Source: an archaeon GW2011_AR10 (lineage in GTDB: Archaea > Iainarchaeota > Iainarchaeia > Iainarchaeales > GW2011-AR10). Taken from it: a stretch of 32,000 bases of DNA. The stretch lies in the NCBI GenBank assembly GCA_000830275.1, contig CP010424.1:30001-62000 (forward strand), given 5' to 3'. How positions within the stretch are numbered: position 1 is the first letter of the stretch; the number at the start of each line of letters is the position of its first letter. Below, piece by piece: positions 22,967 through 30,572 of this stretch. The notes under the pieces are model-generated. The model did no database searches and was not told where the DNA came from. It saw only the letters and a list, made by a program, of their open reading frames with translations. Both the position numbers and the translations under genes were made by a program.

Positions 22967-23408
22967 TCACAAGAAAAGCACCTATTACTATTAGAACTGC
23001 CCCAATAACCACTTTAAGTGTTTGCCCTTCCGCCGGCAGCTCTTTGAGCAGAATGATTCCAAGCAAAACAGCAATTAGGGTGTTGGTGTTGTATAGCGGT
23101 GCAAGCCTTGAAAGCTCCAAGCCGGATTCAAATGCCAAAAACATGAAGAGCTGCCCAACTGCCCAAACAATTCCTGCCAGCAGACCAATTCCAATTACGA
23201 TTGGGTTTAGCGGAATTTGCTGCGGCTGCAAGAGAAAGTAAATGCCGAACACCAGCATAACCCCCACTATCAGCAGAACTCCTGCAGTTTGGGTTGGAAT
23301 GCCGAGATAGTCCTTGTTCACAAGCACTTTTGCTATCACTCCATAAGAGCCCCATGCAAGAATTGGAATCAATACAAGAATCAGCCAGTTGTCTGCCTGC
23401 ATTTTCAT
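22959..23408 (-). CDS. Single-domain EamA/DMT-superfamily membrane protein
   Basis: 149 aa with 4-5 helices and a Gly-rich helix pattern ([16 protein letters not shown]...[16 protein letters not shown]). It overlaps MIPS by 4 nt and the transferase by 8 nt. Confidence 0.6.
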   Translation of the reverse strand: MKMQADNWLILVLIPILAWGSYGVIAKVLVNKDYLGIPTQTAGVLLIVGVMLVFGIYFLLQPQQIPLNPIVIGIGLLAGIVWAVGQLFMFLAFESGLELSRLAPLYNTNTLIAVLLGIILLKELPAEGQTLKVVIGAVLIVIGAFLVSG

Positions 23409-24508
23409 CTCTCCCTTGAGCCCTTAATAAATTCCTCAACCATTTCTTTTGCAACAGAATCAGGAAACTGGTGCATGGGGTGCTTGCAAGTGTAAGCTGA
23501 AACTGATGTAAGCTCTCCGCCAATGCCTCTATCCATTGCAATCTTTGCTGCCCTAACTGAATCAATTACTACTCCAGCAGAATTAGGCGAGTCTTCAACA
23601 CTAAGCCTAAGCTCTAGCTCAATTGGGACATCTCCGAATTTCCTTCCCTCAATGCGGATAAAGCACACTTTGTTGTCTTTCTGCCATGGCACGTAATCGC
23701 TTGGCCCAATGTGAATGTTCTCTGCTTCCAGCGGAATGCTCATCTGGCTCTGCACTGACTCTGTTTTTGAAATCTTTTTGCTTTTCAGCCTGTTTCTCTC
23801 CAGCATGTTCAGGAAGTCAGTGTTGCCGCCAGTATTTAATTGGTATGTGCGGTCAATTTTCACGCCCCTGTCCATGAAAAGCTTTGTCAGAACCCTGTGC
23901 GTTATTGTTGCCCCAACCTGGCTCTTCACGTCATCCCCTATAATGGGCAAATTTTTCTGCCTGAACTTTTTCTCCCATTCAGGGTTGCTTGCAATGAAAA
24001 CCGGCATGCAGTTCACAAAAGCGCAACCTGCTTCCAGTGCTGCTTCCGCGTAATACTTTGCAGCTTCCTCCGAGCCGACAGGAACATAATTAACCAAAAT
24101 GTCTGCTTTTGTTTTTTTCAATTCTGATGCAACATCAACCGGCTTCTGCATTTCGTCAACCAAAAAAGTTCTGTCATCAGGATAATCTTTCATGTGGTCT
24201 GCAACCCCATCCAATACTGGCGGCTTCTGCACAATCACGTTCTGCTTTGGAACATCCCTGAAAAAAACTTTCGTGCAGTTCGGTTTCTCAAAAATCGCCT
24301 GGCTTAAGTCCTTCCCAACCTTTCTCTTGTCGACATCGAAAGCAGCAACGAATTTAATGTCCTTAATGCCATAAGAGCCGAAAACATTGTGCATTAGGCC
24401 GGAAACAAGCTCGTCTTTTCTGGAAACGCCCCTGTAATAGTAAGCGCCCTGCACCAGCGAGGAAGCACAGTTGCCTACTCCTGCAATTGCAACCCGTATT
24501 TCAGCCAT
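23405..24508 (-). CDS. myo-Inositol-1-phosphate synthase (archaeal/bacterial short form)
   Basis: N-terminal Rossmann [21 protein letters not shown], plus [17 protein letters not shown] and NTGGNTDF. 367 aa. Confidence 0.85.
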   Translation of the reverse strand: MAEIRVAIAGVGNCASSLVQGAYYYRGVSRKDELVSGLMHNVFGSYGIKDIKFVAAFDVDKRKVGKDLSQAIFEKPNCTKVFFRDVPKQNVIVQKPPVLDGVADHMKDYPDDRTFLVDEMQKPVDVASELKKTKADILVNYVPVGSEEAAKYYAEAALEAGCAFVNCMPVFIASNPEWEKKFRQKNLPIIGDDVKSQVGATITHRVLTKLFMDRGVKIDRTYQLNTGGNTDFLNMLERNRLKSKKISKTESVQSQMSIPLEAENIHIGPSDYVPWQKDNKVCFIRIEGRKFGDVPIELELRLSVEDSPNSAGVVIDSVRAAKIAMDRGIGGELTSVSAYTCKHPMHQFPDSVAKEMVEEFIKGSRER

Positions 24509-24519
24509 TAAACCACAAG

Positions 24520-24539
24520 TATTTTATGGCTGTAAAATA
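24520..24539. promoter_or_regulatory. AT-rich palindrome in the 59-nt divergent MIPS / PadR promoter gap
   Basis: tatttta (24520-24526) tggctg taaaata (24533-24539). It could be two opposed TATA boxes and/or an operator. Sequence observation only. Confidence 0.3.
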
Positions 24540-24567
24540 TTTAAGCTTTCCTCTCCTTATTCCTTTG

Positions 24568-24879
24568 ATGGATTCACCGGAATTAAGGCGCCTTGAAGGG
24601 CAGCTGTCAAGGGAAATACTGTGGATTTACCTTCTTTCTATTCTAAAAAGCAGTGGCCCAATGCATGCTTACGTGCTCCGCGAAAAAGTGAGGGAGAGGT
24701 TCGGCTTCTTGCCGGGAGAGGTTACAGCCTACATTGTGCTCTACAAACTGGAGTCAAGGGGCTACGTTAAAACAAGGAAGGAAGCCAACAGGGTTGTTTA
24801 CTCCATTGCTGCAAGCGGAAGAAATCTGCTGAAAGAAGCGGAAAAAAGCTTCAGGCAAAAGCAGAAGCTACTATTTTAG
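24568..24879 (+). CDS. PadR-family winged-helix transcriptional regulator
   Basis: ILWIYLLSILKSSGPMHAYVLREKVRERFGFLPGEVTAYIVLYKLESRGYVKTRKE is the typical PadR wHTH. ATG 24568 is preferred over the track start at 24487, which overlaps MIPS. Confidence 0.7.
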   Translation: MDSPELRRLEGQLSREILWIYLLSILKSSGPMHAYVLREKVRERFGFLPGEVTAYIVLYKLESRGYVKTRKEANRVVYSIAASGRNLLKEAEKSFRQKQKLLF

Positions 24880-25077
24880 CCTTATTATTTTGTTCCTGCC
24901 AAGAAATTCCTGCTGTGTTTCTGAAGCAAGGTAACTGCTCATGTACCTGCTTACAGTGCTTTTGTCAAGGCCGCTTGCCCTTGCAAGCTCCCGTATCCAG
25001 AGGCCGTCTGGCCTGGATTTAAGTGCTTTTTTTATTGCCTTGATTTTTTCCTCATCTGCTTTTTTTGCTTTATGCAT
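24871..25077 (-). CDS. Mini winged-helix/HTH DNA-binding protein (68 aa)
   Basis: DGLWIRELARASGLDKSTVSRYMSSYL is a helix-turn-helix. It has a tail-to-tail 9-nt overlap with the PadR gene. Confidence 0.5.
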   Translation of the reverse strand: MHKAKKADEEKIKAIKKALKSRPDGLWIRELARASGLDKSTVSRYMSSYLASETQQEFLGRNKIIRLK

Positions 25078-25114
25078 GAAAAATAATGAGACATATGTCT
25101 TATTTAACTTTATC

Positions 25115-25576
25115 TTAGACCTGCTTCAGCACAATCATTGTCTGGGTTTTGTCCACGCCGTCAATGTTCCTGAGTTTTTCGGTTACGATGTTGTTTAGGT
25201 CCTCAATGTCCTTTGCAAGAACAAGCGCAATTATGTCAAGGCCTCCTGTCAGGATTGTAACTTGTCTTACTCCGTCAAGGTGCTTAATCTGTTTCGCAAG
25301 ATCTGCCTGCCTGATTTTCTTGCTTTCAATGTTGTAGTTAATTGTTATTCCGATGAATGCCATGATTGGCCTTCCCAGTTTCCTGTAGTCAATGTTAACA
25401 GTGTAATTCAGTATTATTCCGTTTTTTTCCAGTTTCTTAAGCCTGTTGTGGATAGTGGTTGGAGGCCAGCCGAGCCTCTTGCTTAGCCTTCCCACAGTCT
25501 GCCTGCTGTTGTTGATTAGCTCGGAAATCAGTGCCCGGTCCTTTTCGTCAATTTTCAGTCTTTTCTCCTCTTCCAT
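25115..25576 (-). CDS. Lrp/AsnC family transcriptional regulator
   Basis: MEEEKRLKIDEKDRALISELINNSRQTVGRLSKRLGWPPTTIHNRLKKLEKNGII (HTH) followed by a RAM/ACT-like domain (AFIGITINY...VTILTGGLDIIALV). ATG 25576 is preferred over the track start at 25639. Confidence 0.85.
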   Translation of the reverse strand: MEEEKRLKIDEKDRALISELINNSRQTVGRLSKRLGWPPTTIHNRLKKLEKNGIILNYTVNIDYRKLGRPIMAFIGITINYNIESKKIRQADLAKQIKHLDGVRQVTILTGGLDIIALVLAKDIEDLNNIVTEKLRNIDGVDKTQTMIVLKQV

Positions 25577-25781
25577 GTGCTTTAACCCACTAATTTTATG
25601 TATTTTAATATATATAAATATTTTGGAATATTTTTCCATTTTTAAGCTAAAATAGTCATTTTTTTGAAAATTTTTCGAAAAAAATCGGAATATGTTTTTA
25701 TATAAGTTTCAGGCAGGATTATGTATAAACTTGGTTTCTTTTCAGCAATACATTAAATGCAAAAAACAGGTATGTAACTCT

Positions 25782-26879
25782 ATGCAAAAAAAGAAAATAC
25801 TGTTCTTATACAATGGCGGAACAATCGGTCAGATTCCAGAAAAAAGGGGCAACCAAGTAATTTTGGTTGCGCCCAAGGATGGCAAAGAGTTTCGCTCTGC
25901 TTGCCAGCCAGTTCTTGAAAAATTCAGCAAAGAACAAAACTTGGAAATTGATTTTGAATTAGTGACCACTAAAGACAGCACTAACATGACGCCCAATGAC
26001 TGGGAGAAACTGATTTTCAGAGTAAAAAAAGCACAGGATGATGAAAAATATGACGCTGTCGGAATAGCCCACGGAACAGATACATTGGTTTACACGGCAA
26101 CCGCATTAGCGCTTGCGCTTCATGGAAAAAACCCCGAGAAAAGCGGTTTAAGGATTCCAGTTTGTATTACCGGGGCACAGAATCCAGTTTACGAACAAGG
26201 CGGAGACGGAAAGTTCAATCTTGAAAATTTGTTCAGAGTGCTTAATAGTTCAATTGAAGAAGGAGTGGCAGATGTATTGGTAAATTTCTGGGACAAAGTT
26301 TTTTTGGGGTGCAGGACACTAAAAACAAGCGAAAAAAACTTTGACGCCATGGAATCCCCTTCATATCCAAAGGTGGGCTTGATTGACGGAACCGGAGTCC
26401 ACATTTATAAAAATCTTTTAAGAAAAAAAGAAAACGCTGAAGAAAAACTGAATATTGCTCCGAAATTCGGAAGAGGCGTAGTTAGCTTCGAACTTGCTCC
26501 TGGAATAGAGCCAAGCCTTATTTTGGGCTTCATTACAAGCGGCGGAGTAGCAGCAATGATCCTTAAATCTCTGGGGGAAGGAAATGTCTGCTCTGAGGGA
26601 GAATTCAGTTTGCTTCCAGCAATAAGACAATCTACAAATGAATATATGACGCCGATTTTCATTACAACAAAGTTTGTCGGCGGGAATGCAGTTGCAACGC
26701 ATTATGAAACCGGCTATGAAGCATTAAAGGCAGGGGCAATTGCCTGCTTTGACCACACAGACGTGGCTGTTGATGTTAAGGTAAGGTGGCTGATTGGAAA
26801 TGGTATTTGCTCAAGCATTGAGGAATTCCGCAAAGCAATGAAAACAAGTTTTGCTGGGGAAGTAACTTTCTTAAAATAA
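25782..26879 (+). CDS. ansA: Type I L-asparaginase family protein (catalytic motifs intact)
   Basis: ATG 25782 gives MQKKKILFLYNGGTIGQ (GGT nucleophile motif). DSTNMTP, AHGTDTLVYTA and CITGAQNP are also present. 365 aa. Confidence 0.8.
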   Translation: MQKKKILFLYNGGTIGQIPEKRGNQVILVAPKDGKEFRSACQPVLEKFSKEQNLEIDFELVTTKDSTNMTPNDWEKLIFRVKKAQDDEKYDAVGIAHGTDTLVYTATALALALHGKNPEKSGLRIPVCITGAQNPVYEQGGDGKFNLENLFRVLNSSIEEGVADVLVNFWDKVFLGCRTLKTSEKNFDAMESPSYPKVGLIDGTGVHIYKNLLRKKENAEEKLNIAPKFGRGVVSFELAPGIEPSLILGFITSGGVAAMILKSLGEGNVCSEGEFSLLPAIRQSTNEYMTPIFITTKFVGGNAVATHYETGYEALKAGAIACFDHTDVAVDVKVRWLIGNGICSSIEEFRKAMKTSFAGEVTFLK

Positions 26880-26881
26880 AA

Positions 26882-26899
26882 AAACCCGTTATTGGGTTT
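26882..26899. terminator. Small hairpin after the asparaginase stop
   Basis: aaaccc (26882-26887) gttatt gggttt (26894-26899), preceded by an A-run. This is a weak, bidirectional-looking signal. Confidence 0.3.
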
Positions 26900-26920
26900 C
26901 AGGCGGGAAAGTTTCAACAC

Positions 26921-27085
26921 TTGTTCTCTCAGTTATCCCCCGCGCAGATTCTTTCCAATAAGTTCTTTTTCGCCTTTAAAGCACTGTTCAACTATTTTAG
27001 AGCATTTTAATTGTTTTTTTGGCTCGTTTTTGTCGTATGCGTAAACTATTATGTTGGTGTCAAGAAAGGCGGGCTCACCTGTCAT
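26921..27085 (-). pseudogene. Truncated PIN-domain (VapC-like) N-terminal fragment fused in frame to a degenerate copy of the gatD 3' end
   Basis: The minus ORF 27085..26933 reads MTGEPAFLDTNIIVYAYDKNEPKKQLKCSKIVEQCFKGEKELIGKNLRGG*. FLDTNIIVYAYD is a classic PIN N-terminus, but a PIN domain needs about 130 aa. The tail ELIGKNLRGG, and the bases after its stop, align to the gatD C-terminus ELVGKNLRGEISERTQ. At DNA level 26921-26966 matches 27236-27283 at about 75% by eye, with two 1-nt gaps and a 13-nt exact core agattctttccaa (26946-26958 = 27251-27263). Confidence 0.6.
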
Positions 27086-27221
27086 ATAGGTCCGCCCTGT
27101 TTTTGTACAATAGTTTTCCCAATAAATACCCTTTTTTCAGCCTTTGGAGGGCGCGCTGCCTGATTTGCTCCCTATTGCTTGTATTTTTATAAAAATCAGA
27201 ATTAAATAAACCCTTCCTCAT
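27075..27221 (-). CDS. Possible antitoxin (VapB-like) remnant, 48 aa
   Basis: The minus ORF reads MRKGLFNSDFYKNTSNREQIRQRALQRLKKGYLLGKLLYKNRADLYDR*. It ends 11 nt inside the PIN fragment start, which is a toxin-antitoxin-style overlap. Its first 20 nt overlap the gatD 3' end out of frame. It is too short for a full DNA-binding antitoxin. The call is positional inference only. Confidence 0.25.
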   Translation of the reverse strand: MRKGLFNSDFYKNTSNREQIRQRALQRLKKGYLLGKLLYKNRADLYDR

Positions 27222-28533
27222 ATTGTGTCCTCTCACTTATCTCTCCCCTGAGATTCTTTCCAACCAGTTCCCTCGCCTCTTCAGGCTTGTAATTTCCAAG
27301 CAGCCACGCCAGCTTAATGAAGGCTGTTTCCGGCAGCATGTCCTTCCCAGGAATAATGCCGAGTTTCTGCAGTTCAACGCCCTTGTCGTAAACGTGCATG
27401 TGAACCCTGCCATAAAGCGTTTGTGTTGTCATCACAACAACGCTGTTTTTTGCCAACTCCGCCAAAGCTTTCCACAGTTTCTTGTGCACTTCATTATTTT
27501 TGTCGCTCACGAAGCCCGGAGCATGGCCTAAGCCTGTTCCCTCAATCACAATTCCCTTGAACTTGTTTTTCGAGTAAAACTCGAACTGCTCCGGAAACAT
27601 GTTAGTGGTTATTTTAAGCAAGCCAACTTTGTCCTCCATTTTGTCCAAAACCCTGAATTTTTTGTTAGGATTTTTTCTATTATAATCTTTTTTCAGGAAC
27701 TCAATCTGCTTTGTTTTGTAATCCACTAAAGCAATTGGAGTGTCATTCACTGCCTTGAACGCATCACGCCTCGAGGAATGCATTTTGCGGGTTTTGCATG
27801 CAGGCAGGATTGCGCACTTGTCGTCGCTGGAGGAATTGTGCATGCATATTGCAACCCCGGCAAAATCGCTTTTAAGAATGAATTCTGCTGCACAGTCAAG
27901 GTTCATTGCTGCATCAGAACTGCCTCTGTCAGAGCTTCTCTGTGCTCCAACCAGCAGCACCGGCACAGACACATTTTCCAGAATGAAGGAAAGCGCTGCT
28001 GCAGTGAAGTGCATTGTGTCAGTGCCGTGGCCGATTATTACTCCCTTGGCTCCTTTGCCCGCCATTTCTGCAACGCTGTTTGCAATAACCGAGTAGTGCT
28101 TGAAGCGCATGTCATCGCTCCACATGTTGCTCAAAAACTTGGAGCTGATGTTGCATTTCTCGGTTATTTCAGGGTACATTGAAAGAACGTCTTTCTCGTC
28201 AAAGTGGGCGTAAACCGCCCCGCTTCTGTAATCAACCCTGCTCGCAATTGTGCCACCAGTGTGAATTATTGCAATTGTGGGGAGCTGCGGATTTTTCTTT
28301 ATTTCACGTGTTTCTGCTTTCCCGACTTTTTTCAGCCCCTCCATTTTTTCGATTTTTGTTTTAGCTGAAACTTTTACGCCAATGTTGTAGCCTGACTTGA
28401 GTTTTAACCGCAGAATGCTGCTGTTTTTCCCTGCCGGCAGAACGTTCCCCTCAAAAACCTTGGTGCCTTCGGTTACTTTTATCAGCTGCCCTTCAGCAAT
28501 TTTGTTTTTTTTCAGGAGAGAAGCTGCATCCAT
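27202..28533 (-). CDS. gatD: Glutamyl-tRNA(Gln) amidotransferase subunit D (archaeal)
   Basis: GatD-specific N-terminal domain (KVTEGTKVFEGNVLP...LKLKSGYNIGV) followed by an asparaginase fold with IIHTGGTIAS, GHGTDTMHFTA and LLVGAQRSSDRGSSDA. 443 aa. Confidence 0.92.
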   Translation of the reverse strand: MDAASLLKKNKIAEGQLIKVTEGTKVFEGNVLPAGKNSSILRLKLKSGYNIGVKVSAKTKIEKMEGLKKVGKAETREIKKNPQLPTIAIIHTGGTIASRVDYRSGAVYAHFDEKDVLSMYPEITEKCNISSKFLSNMWSDDMRFKHYSVIANSVAEMAGKGAKGVIIGHGTDTMHFTAAALSFILENVSVPVLLVGAQRSSDRGSSDAAMNLDCAAEFILKSDFAGVAICMHNSSSDDKCAILPACKTRKMHSSRRDAFKAVNDTPIALVDYKTKQIEFLKKDYNRKNPNKKFRVLDKMEDKVGLLKITTNMFPEQFEFYSKNKFKGIVIEGTGLGHAPGFVSDKNNEVHKKLWKALAELAKNSVVVMTTQTLYGRVHMHVYDKGVELQKLGIIPGKDMLPETAFIKLAWLLGNYKPEEARELVGKNLRGEISERTQYEEGFI

Positions 28534-28538
28534 TCAAT

Positions 28539-29594
28539 TCACGTGATTTGCTTTCCCTTGTTTTTGTTGAATTTGCTTATTTCTCCGGCGTAGTTTTTCT
28601 GCATCATTTTTTTGACTTCAGAGAACTTGTTTGTTTTCGCTAGAACCCACATTAGCTTAACGTAAGCAGTTTCAGTGAGCATATCATAAACAGGAATTAT
28701 TTTCATTCCCTTCAGCCTTGAACCTATCTCGGCCTCATATATGTGCTGCCAGAAGCTTCCCAGAATGCAGTCGCTTGTTACAACAATCGGCACGCTTTTC
28801 CTGTAAGCGTAATTGATTCCATCCCTTATTGATTCATCATGCATTGGAATGTTTCCAAGGCCGTAACCCTGCAAAACAAGGCCCTTATAGCCAAGGTCAA
28901 CCGCGTTTTTTATGCACTCGCCGTTGAAGCCAGGAAACATCCTGAAAAGCATCACCTTTGTTTCGAGCTTGTTGTAGAGAACCGGCTTTCTTTTTCCTCT
29001 TTTCCTGTAAGGCTGCATCAACTCAATGAACTGCTGGATTTTTCCAAGAGGCACGTCTGAGCCGCTCCTGAATGCAGTGAATTCTGATGCATTTATTTTT
29101 TTGGTTCTCGTGGCCCTGAAAATCCTGCCGTTGAACACGAGAACTGTTTCAGCAATGTCTGCTGTGCCGGCAACAGTAATTGCTTCCCTCAGATTCCACT
29201 TGGCATCAGTGTTTAATTCTGTTGGGTCAACAACCGAGCCAGTGAAAACAATTGGGATATTGTTGTTTTGTATGAGGAAAGCAATTGCCGTGTCAGCGTA
29301 ATGCATTGTGTCCGTTCCCATTGTTACTACGATGCCGTCGAATTCCTCCATGTTGTAGTAAATGGAGTTTGCCAGCGTGAGCCAGTGCTCTGGCTTTATA
29401 TCGGAGCTGTCCATTCGAAAAATGTTTGCTGTCTTGATGTCAAATTTTTCCCTGATGCCGGAAACAATGTCAATAAGGTCTTCTTCTGCGAATTCCCCGT
29501 ACTTCCATTTTCCTTTAAAAGGTTTTGCGCTAATGGCTCCACCGGTTCCAATTACCAGCACTCTTGGTTTTCTGTGTTTCATGCCAAAAAACAT
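28539..29594 (-). CDS. Asparaginase-fold (AnsA-like) paralog lacking the nucleophilic threonine
   Basis: VLVIGTGGAISAKP stands where asparaginases and GatD have TGGTI(A/G). MDSSDIKPEHW, TMGTDTMHYA and VFTGSVVDP are retained. It has no GatD N-terminal domain. Its stop is 5 nt before the gatD ATG. Start at ATG 29594 or 29582. Confidence 0.8.
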   Translation of the reverse strand: MFFGMKHRKPRVLVIGTGGAISAKPFKGKWKYGEFAEEDLIDIVSGIREKFDIKTANIFRMDSSDIKPEHWLTLANSIYYNMEEFDGIVVTMGTDTMHYADTAIAFLIQNNNIPIVFTGSVVDPTELNTDAKWNLREAITVAGTADIAETVLVFNGRIFRATRTKKINASEFTAFRSGSDVPLGKIQQFIELMQPYRKRGKRKPVLYNKLETKVMLFRMFPGFNGECIKNAVDLGYKGLVLQGYGLGNIPMHDESIRDGINYAYRKSVPIVVTSDCILGSFWQHIYEAEIGSRLKGMKIIPVYDMLTETAYVKLMWVLAKTNKFSEVKKMMQKNYAGEISKFNKNKGKQIT

Positions 29595-29625
29595 TGACCA
29601 AAGCTCTTTTTTTATTTGTTTCTAA

Positions 29626-30534
29626 TTGAGAGTTTATTGGTGGAACACAGTGTTTTTGAAAGAGCACCTGCTTGGAGTGCCAGAAGACGTTAAAACCCTC
29701 ATTCTGCTTGTTTCAGAGCAAGCAAAAAAGATAAGGAAAGGCTTCCTTGAACACAGCAGGCTTGCCGGCACAAAAAACATTTATGGGGAGGAACAGCTTG
29801 AGCTTGACAAGTGGGCTGATGATATTATCCTTAAAGCAATGGAGGAAAGCAAGCTTGTTAGGAGCGTTGCTTCAGAGGAAAGGGACGAAATAACTTCAAT
29901 AGTAAAAGCAAGGGGCTCTTGGGGCATCACAGTTGACCCATTGGATGGAATGAGCTGCGTTGAAACGAACCTTTCAGTTGGCACCATTATTGGAATGTTC
30001 AATGAGGGAAATGTTCTCGAGCCAGGCAACAAAATGGATGCAGCGTGCTTTGTTCTGTATGGCCCACTTACTACTCTGACTTATGCTTACAAGGGCTGGG
30101 GCTGCCACGAGTTCGTGTTGGATGAGCAAGGAAACTTTGTTTTACGCAATGAGAGCATGAAAATTCCTGAAGGAAAAATTTATGGTTCAGGCGCATTGAG
30201 GAAGGACTGGATTCCGCAGCACAAAAAGTACATTGAGGAACTAGAAAAACAGGGCTACAAGCTCCGCTTTTCGGGAAGCTTCACAGCTGACTTCAACCAA
30301 GTGCTGCATTATGGGGGTTTATTCACTTATCCTGCTTCAACCGGCAGCCCGAGCGGAAAACTGAGGCTGCTGTTTGAAGGCAACCCAATGGCGTTCATTG
30401 CAAAAGAAGCAGGTGGCAACAGCTTTAACGGAAAAAAATCAATTCTGGATGTCAAGCCTGAAATATTGAGCCAGCGCGTGCCCATCTACATCGGCGACAA
30501 AAAAACAATTGACCTTGCGAAAAAGTTCTTCTGA
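29626..30534 (+). CDS. fbp: Fructose-1,6-bisphosphatase, class I
   Basis: VDPLDGMSCVETNLSVGTIIG, SGSFTADFNQVL and GKLRLLFEGNPMAFIAKEAGG closely mirror E. coli Fbp ([21 protein letters not shown]). The start is uncertain: TTG 29626 or GTG 29650. Confidence 0.88.
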   Translation: MRVYWWNTVFLKEHLLGVPEDVKTLILLVSEQAKKIRKGFLEHSRLAGTKNIYGEEQLELDKWADDIILKAMEESKLVRSVASEERDEITSIVKARGSWGITVDPLDGMSCVETNLSVGTIIGMFNEGNVLEPGNKMDAACFVLYGPLTTLTYAYKGWGCHEFVLDEQGNFVLRNESMKIPEGKIYGSGALRKDWIPQHKKYIEELEKQGYKLRFSGSFTADFNQVLHYGGLFTYPASTGSPSGKLRLLFEGNPMAFIAKEAGGNSFNGKKSILDVKPEILSQRVPIYIGDKKTIDLAKKFF

Positions 30535-30572
30535 AGCAGTTTTAAATACTTTAAATTCCTCTTTTTAATGAA

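Noticed and set aside
23044-23565. ORFs 23044..23241 (+) and 23128..23565 (-) overlapping the EamA and MIPS genes
   Set aside because: They are out-of-frame or antisense shadows of two genes with clear membrane-helix and MIPS motifs, and they have no independent support.
25577-25781. N-terminal extensions of the Lrp gene (to 25639) and the asparaginase gene (from 25692), plus the many attttt-type repeats in this gap
   Set aside because: The extensions encode Ile/Lys/Phe-rich sequence from AT-rich promoter DNA. Internal ATGs at 25576 and 25782 give canonical family N-termini. The short A/T repeats are ordinary promoter-region low complexity, not a structured repeat element.
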